Shown: piece by piece, positions 9,034-17,315 of the stretch
Position numbering within the stretch: the stretch's first letter is position 1
Layout: each line of letters opens with the position of its first letter
NCBI GenBank assembly: GCA_034002445.1
Contig: JAVFAP010000001.1
Location: 1 to 25,679, forward strand
Source of the DNA: a bacterium
GTDB taxonomy: Bacteria; Hinthialibacterota; Hinthialibacteria; Hinthialibacterales; Hinthialibacteraceae
Direction of reading: 5' to 3'
Length of the DNA stretch: 25,679 nt
Notes under the pieces: model-generated
The model's database searches: none
Seen by the model: the letters and a program-made list of their open reading frames with translations, nothing else
Told to the model about the DNA's origin: nothing
Program-made: the position numbers and the translations under genes

Positions 9034-9894
9034 ATGATGACGGGTTTCGGAGACTTTGCCGAACACTATTCTGGGTACAACACGGCGCGGGTAGCATTGC
9101 TACCCGTTCCGTTTGATAAGACCTGTTCTTGGATGACCGGCGCCAGCAAGGGGCCGGAGGCCATACTCAAGGCCTCATACTACTTGGAAAACTACGATAT
9201 CGAGACCGGGGAAGAAGTCTACCGCAAGGGCATCCATACCGATGCCCCCATCGTGGCGGAGACATCCCAAGAAATGATCGCCCGCGTCAGCGCGCGGGTG
9301 GCGGAACTGACCCAAGACGGGAAATTCGTCGTCACCCTGGGGGGCGAACACTCGATATCCCAAGCCCCAGTCAACGCCCTGGTGGAGCGGTATCCGGCCC
9401 TGTCGGTGCTTCACCTGGACGCCCATGGCGACACCCGGGACGAGTACGAGGGATCCAAGTATTCCCACGCCAGCGTGATGGCCCGGATTCGCGAAAAAGT
9501 GACAAACGTCGTTTCTGTCGGCATCCGCAGCATCGAGGCGGAGGAGAGGAAAGTTCTCGATCCCGCCCGGACATTTTTCGCCTACCAGATACATGATTCA
9601 TATGACTGGATTGACCAGGCGGTTGCCCTGCTCAACGATCCAGTCTATGTCACCATCGATGTGGATGTGTTCGATCCATCCGAACTGCCCGCGACCGGCA
9701 CGCCTGAGCCTGGCGGCTTGCGGTGGTACATGGTCATGAAATTATTGCGCACCCTCTCCCAAAAAAGAAAAATCGCAGGATTTGACGTGGTGGAACTATC
9801 GCCCACCGACCACAAAGCCAGCGATTTTCTTACTGCCAAACTGATTTATACCTTCTTGAGTTACATATCCCACGACAACGCGTGGGATTTCTAG
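9034..9894 (+). CDS. speB: Agmatinase (ureohydrolase family, 286 aa)
   Basis: Mn-binding motifs GGEHSIS, HLDAHGD and DVDVFDP, plus TGTPEPGG and DVVELSP. ATG 9034 lies 4 nt after the pdaD stop; the ORF-track start at 8743 overlaps pdaD and is spurious. Confidence 0.92.
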   Translation: MMTGFGDFAEHYSGYNTARVALLPVPFDKTCSWMTGASKGPEAILKASYYLENYDIETGEEVYRKGIHTDAPIVAETSQEMIARVSARVAELTQDGKFVVTLGGEHSISQAPVNALVERYPALSVLHLDAHGDTRDEYEGSKYSHASVMARIREKVTNVVSVGIRSIEAEERKVLDPARTFFAYQIHDSYDWIDQAVALLNDPVYVTIDVDVFDPSELPATGTPEPGGLRWYMVMKLLRTLSQKRKIAGFDVVELSPTDHKASDFLTAKLIYTFLSYISHDNAWDF

Positions 9895-9900
9895 TCCGGT

Positions 9901-9928
9901 GCAGGGGTTCGTCATCTCGAACCCCTAC
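9901..9928. repeat. GTAG-type REP-like palindrome, possibly acting as terminator between speB and the glycoside hydrolase
   Basis: AGGGGTTCG-TCATCT-CGAACCCCT is a perfect 9-bp stem. The minus strand starts GTAGGGGTTCG. A second hairpin lies at 9944-9975. Confidence 0.5.
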
Positions 9929-9995
9929 TCCACTCTTTTCTGAGGCGGACGGGAACCCGAATCCCGGCCCCCGCCACCCCGCGCTGGCGACCTCT

Positions 9996-12182
9996 TCAGT
10001 TTTCTTCCGTGATGGGCCGGACCTGGTACTCCCGTGCCTGGTCGAAGCGGATGCTTTGGCTGCTGGCTTCTTCGCGTACCGGCGTCATCTCATACCAGCC
10101 ATGCGCTTCCATCTCAATCGTGCCCCAACGCCGACCCTGCAGGGCAGCGTAATCCGGCGTGGCGACCAGGAAACCATGGGGAGCCAACACCAACGACGTT
10201 TGCACCCGTGTCCCTAGAATATCCTGCCCCACCTCCACCTCGCACTCTTGATCGGACTGGTTGATGACGATCAGGATATGCTGGCCATAGCGGCAAGCTT
10301 CCACGGTTTTTTCTGGATTCAAAAAGGCGTGATCGGTCAGCACAGTCCGCCAAGTCCGCTGGATGGTGTTGGAGGATACCCGATAGGTCAATTTGAAGTA
10401 ACGCCGCCAAGTGGGGTCGTTCATTTCCTTACCCACCACATTGTAGTAACAAGCGCCGCCTGCGCGCAGGTTGCGCAAGAAACGCAGCGGCCGCGAGGGG
10501 TGCACCGTGCCGCCCTGGTGGGGATACTGCACGATGGCGTCATGATAAATCGCCGCAAAAAGCGGAATGGATGTGCCAAACGAGGCCTGCCAGCTTTCCC
10601 GCGCGTCTGGCATGACGGTGATGCCTTCAAAGTAATCGCACAAATCCGCACCCCACGAGAATCCGTGCTCGGTCCCAAAGACACCAAAATACCGCGCGGC
10701 AAGTTCCATCATCGCCCGCTTGTTTTTCATGTCGCCCCATTTGCTGTGGGGATGCTCGGGCGAATAGCAATCGAAGAGGGGAGCGGCGGTGAGCACATCG
10801 ATAAAGCAGGCATCCAAGCCATAATCCTTCATCTGGGCAAAGTTGCGCTGGGCGAACTGCAAACCCGGCGTGGAGCAGAGCAGCCAGCACTGCCCACCAG
10901 CCCAGAAGCCCCCACGCAAGGGATTGCCATTGGAGCCGACCGTGCAGTGCGCACCGTCCTCATACGATGGCGCGGCTTCGTATATATCGGTATAGTTGTC
11001 GTGGAAGCCAACCGATAGACCCTTAGCCTTGATCTTCTGGGTCATCTCGACAAAGACTTGCTCTCCTCCCAATTCTGGATTGGGGGGTAAGAAATCTGGA
11101 TGAAGGCGGTCATAACCTTCCTTGCCCCAGCCCCACCAGACCGCCATCAGCCGATCCACTTCGGGCATGCCGTCCAGCCAAGCGACGACGTCTTCAAAAC
11201 GCTGGTAGTTGTATACATGGGCTGGCGGGGTCCTGCCCTCGGCATCCGGCCGCTGCTCGTGTTTCATATAGATGGGGAACTTGATATTCGCCCCTTCTAG
11301 CAGGTGGATGAGTTGGGGCTTTTGCTTCAGTTTTTCAACCAGGGAGGGCAATTCTCCCCGCTCGGCCAAATAGTCTCGGTAAGTTTTCGCTAGGTCCAGA
11401 TAGCCCTTGCCCTGTCCTAAAAAGCGGAACTGCATGCGGATGGGGTGGTGGTAGGGATCGTTCTGGAACAAGGGAGAAAGGTGCAGGCGCTCTGGCTGGG
11501 CTTCATAGCGGACGCGGGTGTAGAGATAATCCACCAGACAGAACACCGTGTTTTCCGGGCGGCAAACACCCCAGAACGGCATGGTAAAGCCCGCGTTTTC
11601 AAAGAGGGCAAAATCCCGGTTTTCCTTGAGTCCGCTGGCAAAGTTCACCAGGCTGCCTTCGTAATGCGGCAGGACCAAATGCCCCTCTTCCCCCGCGTTC
11701 AAAGCCACCAGGCCGGGCAAGATGCACACTTCGCGAAAGAGTGGCGGGGCCTGCATCAAAGCCAAGGTTTCCGGGCCTTGGGGAAGCCGGTCTTCTTGCA
11801 CCCAGAGAGCCTGTACCGGTTGATCCGCGAAGGCGGTATACAGGGTATCCCCCTCAAGGGCAAGCGACAGAAAAAAGGACTTGCCACCATCCCCATAGGG
11901 GAGGGTGAGATTCAGCCGGTTGGGCAATGCCTCGGTTTGCATGCCGGGGAACCCACTTTTGGCGAGGGCCCTCGGGGAATCCTCGCCCGGCAGCCAAACC
12001 GTACCCAACGCCAGGTCTTTCACCAAGGCAGTGTCTTGCCCCGTGGCATAAAGGGCAACCGTTCCGGTTTCTTCATCCAAACACAATTGCATTGTTTCCG
12101 AGGTGATTAGCGGGGCCGCGTGGGCCATGCCGAGACTCAGAATCCCCACGCATCCAATCAGCAGCCAAAGTGATCGTTTCAT
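9996..12182 (-). CDS. Secreted glycoside hydrolase, DUF5696 / GH129-GH101-like (728 aa)
   Basis: Signal peptide ending AHA. GWGKEGYDRLHPDFLP, GFHDNYTD, FIDVLTA and GTEHG resemble the GH129/GH101 catalytic barrel motifs. SD AGGAG precedes ATG 12182. Confidence 0.8.
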   Translation of the reverse strand: MKRSLWLLIGCVGILSLGMAHAAPLITSETMQLCLDEETGTVALYATGQDTALVKDLALGTVWLPGEDSPRALAKSGFPGMQTEALPNRLNLTLPYGDGGKSFFLSLALEGDTLYTAFADQPVQALWVQEDRLPQGPETLALMQAPPLFREVCILPGLVALNAGEEGHLVLPHYEGSLVNFASGLKENRDFALFENAGFTMPFWGVCRPENTVFCLVDYLYTRVRYEAQPERLHLSPLFQNDPYHHPIRMQFRFLGQGKGYLDLAKTYRDYLAERGELPSLVEKLKQKPQLIHLLEGANIKFPIYMKHEQRPDAEGRTPPAHVYNYQRFEDVVAWLDGMPEVDRLMAVWWGWGKEGYDRLHPDFLPPNPELGGEQVFVEMTQKIKAKGLSVGFHDNYTDIYEAAPSYEDGAHCTVGSNGNPLRGGFWAGGQCWLLCSTPGLQFAQRNFAQMKDYGLDACFIDVLTAAPLFDCYSPEHPHSKWGDMKNKRAMMELAARYFGVFGTEHGFSWGADLCDYFEGITVMPDARESWQASFGTSIPLFAAIYHDAIVQYPHQGGTVHPSRPLRFLRNLRAGGACYYNVVGKEMNDPTWRRYFKLTYRVSSNTIQRTWRTVLTDHAFLNPEKTVEACRYGQHILIVINQSDQECEVEVGQDILGTRVQTSLVLAPHGFLVATPDYAALQGRRWGTIEMEAHGWYEMTPVREEASSQSIRFDQAREYQVRPITEEN

Positions 12183-12228
12183 TCTCTTTTCTCCTACAAG
12201 ATTGATGAGGTTACAAAAAGCCATTCTC

Positions 12229-12258
12229 TACACTCCAGTTTTCACAACGTGGAGTGTA
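12229..12258. promoter_or_regulatory. Inverted repeat in the divergent region between the glycoside hydrolase and SGNH genes
   Basis: TACACTCCA-N12-TGGAGTGTA, perfect 9-bp arms, followed on the plus strand by TTCTTTGTTT. It could be an operator or a terminator. Confidence 0.5.
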
Positions 12259-12304
12259 TTCTTTGTTTCCTAGTCCATCATAGAAAAACAGGAAGAAAAA
12301 ATAA

Positions 12305-13570
12305 ATGCGTTCCACTAGGCCAAAAGCATTTCTTCTAGGGCTGGGGTTCAGCGGATTGTATCTTGTGGCGGCCCTCAGTTTCAGCCCGCTCATGCTTCAT
12401 TGGCTTTTCCCAGTACTACCCAAGGAGAGCCCCATGCCTGCGTTCTTCGCGGACTGCCGCCTGTATTTTGGCGCAACGGGTCTTGTAACCATCCTGTTGA
12501 CGGCGGCGATCCACCGCTGGCCCAAGGCGTTTGCGGGGCTGGAACGGAACGAGGTGCTCAACGGCTTGTTGCTGTTTGGCTTGGTGCTGCTTCCCCTTCT
12601 CTACCTGGAACTGGCCTCCCCATCCACCCGCGCCATGAACAAAACCAGTATATTTATTCCCGATGCAGAACGCGGCTGGAAGTACAAACCGGGAATGTCG
12701 GGCGAGTGGGGCGGCGTCCCCGTCCGGATCAACAGCCAAGGCTACCGCGGCCCCGTTATACCTTATGCAAAACCAGCGGGACAAGTCCGCATTCTCTTTC
12801 TGGGCGATTCCATCACCTTCGGCTACAGGATCGAACGGGACCAAGACACCATCCCCGCCCAGGTAGAAGCAAATCTCCAAAACCACACCGGGCGCCCCAT
12901 TACAGCGATCAACGCGGGGGTGGGAGGCTACTCCCCCTGGCAAGAGTGGATCCAACTCCAGAGCGAGGGATTGCGCTACGATCCCGACTGGATTCTCTTG
13001 TCATTTGTTCTCAACGATGTAACAGAGAAAATCCGCCTGGTGCAATTTGGCGGGAAGGATCGGGGATACCAGCTCAGCCAAAATATCAACGGGATGCTGG
13101 ATCACTCCAATTTCTATTTTTTTCTGACCCGCAAACTCCTCCCTACCCTAGTGCTGGGGATTCAAACCCGGCAAGGCGCGGTTGAGAAAGAACTGCAATT
13201 CGGCCAAAGCCTGGTCCTGGATGCCGATTCCCCCCAAATCCAAGCCCTGTGGGATATCACCCTGGCCAACATGGAGAAGATTATCACACTTTGCCAGCGG
13301 GAAAATAAAAAGATCGGGCTGATTCTCTTTCCCTACACGTTTCAGATTGTAAATGCCGACACGATGAACCAGCCGCAGGAGGTGGTCATCGCCTTCGCCG
13401 CGAAACACGGGGTGCCGGTACTGGATCTGCTTCCCCTTTATGCAGAAAAATTCACCGCCGAACCCATTCTGATGGACGATCTTTTTTTTGATGACAACCA
13501 CCCCACCGCCGCGGGCGCCCAAGCGGCTGCCGAATGGATCGCCGCCTGGCTGGAGCCTCAATTGGATTAG
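12305..13570 (+). CDS. Membrane-anchored SGNH/GDSL hydrolase (421 aa)
   Basis: About three N-terminal hydrophobic helices, INSQGYRG, block I GDSITFG, block II NAGVGGY, block III FVLND and block V DDNHP. Confidence 0.85.
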   Translation: MRSTRPKAFLLGLGFSGLYLVAALSFSPLMLHWLFPVLPKESPMPAFFADCRLYFGATGLVTILLTAAIHRWPKAFAGLERNEVLNGLLLFGLVLLPLLYLELASPSTRAMNKTSIFIPDAERGWKYKPGMSGEWGGVPVRINSQGYRGPVIPYAKPAGQVRILFLGDSITFGYRIERDQDTIPAQVEANLQNHTGRPITAINAGVGGYSPWQEWIQLQSEGLRYDPDWILLSFVLNDVTEKIRLVQFGGKDRGYQLSQNINGMLDHSNFYFFLTRKLLPTLVLGIQTRQGAVEKELQFGQSLVLDADSPQIQALWDITLANMEKIITLCQRENKKIGLILFPYTFQIVNADTMNQPQEVVIAFAAKHGVPVLDLLPLYAEKFTAEPILMDDLFFDDNHPTAAGAQAAAEWIAAWLEPQLD

Positions 13571-13677
13571 AAATGGAACAAAGCATCCATCCCTAGCAAG
13601 CACAGTTCCAGGTTGCCTACGCATTGGCCAAAGAAACGGATACACTTTCTGCATTCCATACAGAACGGATAGTGACT

Positions 13678-15156
13678 ATGAGTTTTTGGGATCACGTCGC
13701 CGCCGAAAAACACCTCCTTCCCTACCCCGAATCGCCGTGGGGCCCGGTGGGATTCCTCTACCCCAATCAGTATTCCGTGGGGATGGCCTCGCTGGGGTAC
13801 CAACAGGTTTACCGGCTGTTCCGGATGCAGGGGCTTTCGGTGGAACGAGTGTTTTTCGATAAAAAAGGGCGCGAAACCCGTAGTGTAGAGAACCAAACTC
13901 CACTCTTTCGCTTTCCCCTGCTGGCGGCGTCGTATATCTATGAATTGGATATCCTGAACCTGGTCCAGATGCTGTTGCATGGGGGTGTGGCCCCGATGGC
14001 GGCGGAACGTGGCGATGACGCGCCCCTGCTGCTGATGGGAGGCACGGCGGCTTCGGATAACCCCGCCTTGCTGGCCCGGCTCGCCGACGCAATCGTTTTA
14101 GGCGAGGGCGAAGGGGTGATCCCCGCCATCGCGGCGGCCCTCCAAGAGACCGGCTTTGGCTCCAAAGCCAAGTTACTAGCCAAACTGGCGGCGATCCCGC
14201 ATATTTATGTCCCCGCAATCCATGGCGAGTACAATGCCGCCCAGTTCACCCGCTACTTGCTCGACCCGATCGACAGTGTGCCTTGCCACACCGCGATTCT
14301 CGCCCCGGCCGATGAGTTCAGCGGCGCGTTTTTGCTGGAACTCTGCCGGGGCTGCAAGTACCGCTGCAAATTCTGCGTTGTCCATTACATGAGCGGCACC
14401 GCACGCTACCGGAAGATGGAGGATTTGCTCGGTGTACTGGAGATGTACAAGGATCACTACAGCAAAGTGGGACTGTTGGGTGCGGCGGTGGCGGATCATC
14501 CCCAGGTCACCGAGGTGGCGGAGTGGGTAGTGCGACAAGGAAAGCAGGTTTCGACCTCATCCCTGCGGGCGGAACGGCTGAACGGTCCCCTGCTGGATTT
14601 ATTGCAGCAAGGCGGGCAGAAAACCATCACCGTCGCCCCAGAAGCGGGCGATCTGGAAATCCGGCGAAATTTACTCAAGGGGGTGAAAGATGAAAAATAT
14701 TTCGCCCTAGCCGAGGAAGCAGGCAAACGCGGCTTTCAACAGATCAAATTGTACTTTCTCTTAGGCACCCCCGGTGCCGATCCCATGGACGAGGCATCTG
14801 CCATTATTCAATTCGCTGAAACCATGGGGGCGATTTTCAGCAAGAACGGAGGCGGAAAACTTGTTGTCGCCTGCTCGCCCCTGGTCCCCAAGCCAACCAC
14901 GCCCTGGGCGGACGTGCCGTTATGGGATGCCAAACAAATCAAAAAAGCCAGCCGGGTCATTCGGAAAAAACTAGCCTTTCAGGGCAATATGAAAGTACCG
15001 CCCATCAATGTCAAAGAGGCCGTGTTGGAAGCCCTGCTCAGTTGGGCGGGCCCGGATGCCATCGACGAGATCCTCCGTCTCGCCCACGCCAACGAATCCA
15101 TCGAACAAGGCTTTGAAGGGGTATCTCTCGATTCATTCCGACCCGGTCGTGGTTAA
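13678..15156 (+). CDS. Radical SAM protein, YgiQ/TIGR03960-like family
   Basis: YPNQYSVGMASLG, ERVF, GGxxxxxNP, IVLGEGE, ELCRGCKYRCKFC (CxxxCxxC), SSLRAE, TVAPEAG and VPKPTTPW. Start uncertain: ATG 13678 or TTG 13624. Confidence 0.88.
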   Translation: MSFWDHVAAEKHLLPYPESPWGPVGFLYPNQYSVGMASLGYQQVYRLFRMQGLSVERVFFDKKGRETRSVENQTPLFRFPLLAASYIYELDILNLVQMLLHGGVAPMAAERGDDAPLLLMGGTAASDNPALLARLADAIVLGEGEGVIPAIAAALQETGFGSKAKLLAKLAAIPHIYVPAIHGEYNAAQFTRYLLDPIDSVPCHTAILAPADEFSGAFLLELCRGCKYRCKFCVVHYMSGTARYRKMEDLLGVLEMYKDHYSKVGLLGAAVADHPQVTEVAEWVVRQGKQVSTSSLRAERLNGPLLDLLQQGGQKTITVAPEAGDLEIRRNLLKGVKDEKYFALAEEAGKRGFQQIKLYFLLGTPGADPMDEASAIIQFAETMGAIFSKNGGGKLVVACSPLVPKPTTPWADVPLWDAKQIKKASRVIRKKLAFQGNMKVPPINVKEAVLEALLSWAGPDAIDEILRLAHANESIEQGFEGVSLDSFRPGRG

Positions 15157-15189
15157 ATCCTTCCGCATGGGTTCCCCATCAGCCAAGCC

Positions 15190-16709
15190 TTAGGTCTGCG
15201 GCTCTAAACCAGACTCTTCTTTGACCACCGGGAGGAACACTTTGACCGAGGTTCCCCTCGCGGGCTCGCTATGCACACATAACGTCCCACCGTGTCGGCG
15301 CACAATCCCCAGCACCGAAGGCAATCCCAGTCCCCGTCCTAGAAATTTGGTCGTATAGAAGGGATCAAAAATCGAGAAACGGGTTTCTTCATCCATACCA
15401 CAGCCTGTATCGATCCATTCGAAATAGCCAAATAGTCCAGGCTCAAAATCGGGAAGAATCCAACGGGACGAGAGATCCTGGGGGTCGCATGGTTCCACTC
15501 CCACACAAAGACGGATCCCTCCGGGCGACGGACCAATCGCTTCGATCGCGTTTTCTAAAAGCCCCATCATTCCTTCCCGGAACCGTCCCACATCCATTTG
15601 GACGGGGATGAATTGTCCAGGGATCAAATGGTATTCCGCCCGGAATTCGATGGACTCAGGAATCCGTTCCGTGATAAGCGACACCATCTCTTCTGTAAAC
15701 TGCCTTAGATCCTTGGGGACCATGACCAGATGACATTTCCCGGTATAGGATTGCATTTTCTGGCATAAAACGGCGGCCTGTTTGGAGGCTCTTTCAATCT
15801 GATTGAGGTTGATCTGAACAGAGGAATCGGGAGGCAAACCCAAGCGGGCCAGTTCGGTATTCCCCATGATGCACATTAACAAATTGTTGAAATTATGCGC
15901 AAGCCCGCCGGATAGGATCCCAAGATCATCCCACTTTTGCGCATAGCGCAAACGCGCTTCCAATTCCCGGCGTTCTTCATCCTCTTCATGCTGCCTGGTT
16001 ATGTCCAGTCCCACAATCCAAAAAAACCGGTCCAGAGGTTCCCCATCCTCTTCCAAAACCGTTACCGCGATCACTCGCTTTTCTCCCTGCTTACACTGAA
16101 TCCAGATCGCCTTCCCATGCAGGAGATCCCCTCCCTGGTTCCATTCTTCTGAGTTATTCAATATTTCCAGCAACGGCGTGAATCGCTTTTGAAATTCCAA
16201 CGGATACCCGATATTTCCCCCGAGTTATAGCCGGTTACCCGCGCACACTCTTGGTTCCAATACACAATATTGCCCGAAGAATGGATGGCAGCCAGCATCA
16301 CCGGCACATTCTCGGAAATATACCGTAACAGGATGTGGTCTTCGAGAAAAGAGGGCTCTGTCCCTTGCAGGGGATCCCCTGGAAGTGGAGTGTCTAGGGA
16401 AGAAAAGCCCGATTCCCGCCTGTTCTTCTTATGAAAGTGGACAAAAACCCCTAACGCCATCCCCAGAATCCCAAGGCTAGCCGCGCCAAGCGCTAGCCCC
16501 TGCAACCAGGGACTCTTCCATCCCCCAGCAAAAGCATGAGGGAACACCCCTTCTGTGGAGAGAGCAAAAACCGTCCCCTCCCAACGGAACAAGTCCATTG
16601 GGTTCAATCCAGAATCAGCCCCATTTCCCAGAAAGAAGGAGAGATTCTCCTTGACCATCGTAAAAAAAACAGAAAACCCCCACCAGCTTTCAATTTCATA
16701 AAAAGCCAT
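15190..16709 (-). pseudogene. PAS-domain sensor histidine kinase interrupted by a frameshift (or a sequencing error)
   Basis: Frame A (16709-16158; SD GGAGG; TM helix; first half of PAS ...WNQECARVTGYNSGEI) continues in frame B (to 15190) with the second half of PAS (GLDIT), H-box GGLAHNFNNLL, N-box LENAIEA, G1 DTGCGM, F-box FDPFYTTK and G2 GRGLGL. Confidence 0.8.
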
Positions 16710-16903
16710 CCTTATTCCTCCATGCCCTCGATGACGACTTCATGGCCCGGTTAGGGCTAAAAACACCGGTGACGAATCCGGCGGCCGAAGCAAACAAATT
16801 CCATTACACTATACAAAGATTCCGATCTTATTGGACAACAAGTAGCAAAATTTTTTATGATACAAAAATCAAAGGAAGGAACCGGGCTTTTCTCACACCG
16901 GGG

Positions 16904-17242
16904 TTACGAAAAATCCAGCAAGGAAACATCATCCGATTCCATCGACCGGTTGAGTTGCAGGGTTTCATACGTACTGCGAACCCCGGTCTGGATATGCATG
17001 GCCGCTTCCGCCAAGGGGCCACAAATTTCCCCGGTGGGATCATTCCGCCGGGCGAATTCGATGGATTCTTCGATTCGCTCCAAGGAGACCTTGCAGGTTT
17101 TGTACATGACCAGGAGCGCGTTAATATACTGGAATTGGTACAGGGTTTCGGGATCGTTTTCCGGAATGGTGCTCAGACAGGCCTCCACCTCCGCTATCCA
17201 TTCATCAAATATCCCATCCCGAAGAAAGCGCTTCTTTGCCAT
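16904..17242 (-). CDS. Hypothetical protein, acidic and probably helical (112 aa)
   Basis: ATG preceded by AAAGGG, G/C-ending codons like the neighbouring genes, and it fills the gap between two minus-strand genes. I recognise no motif. Confidence 0.65.
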   Translation of the reverse strand: MAKKRFLRDGIFDEWIAEVEACLSTIPENDPETLYQFQYINALLVMYKTCKVSLERIEESIEFARRNDPTGEICGPLAEAAMHIQTGVRSTYETLQLNRSMESDDVSLLDFS

Positions 17243-17315
17243 AACACCCTTTCCCGTCGCGCGGATTCATCTCCGCTATTTTTTCAAGATAGTAAAAAAT
17301 GACAATCGTTGCCTT

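Noticed and set aside
9950-9975. CGGGAACCCGAATCCCGGCCCCCGCCA resembles a tRNA T-arm plus CCA end, like an att-site remnant at the edge of the polyamine block
   Set aside because: The loop lacks TTC, the segment from T-stem to CCA is 2 nt short of a canonical tRNA, and there is no 5' half or integrase.
16816-16829. AAGAT-TCCG-ATCTT inverted repeat upstream of the kinase gene
   Set aside because: Only 5-bp arms in AT-rich DNA, too short to separate from chance without a second copy.
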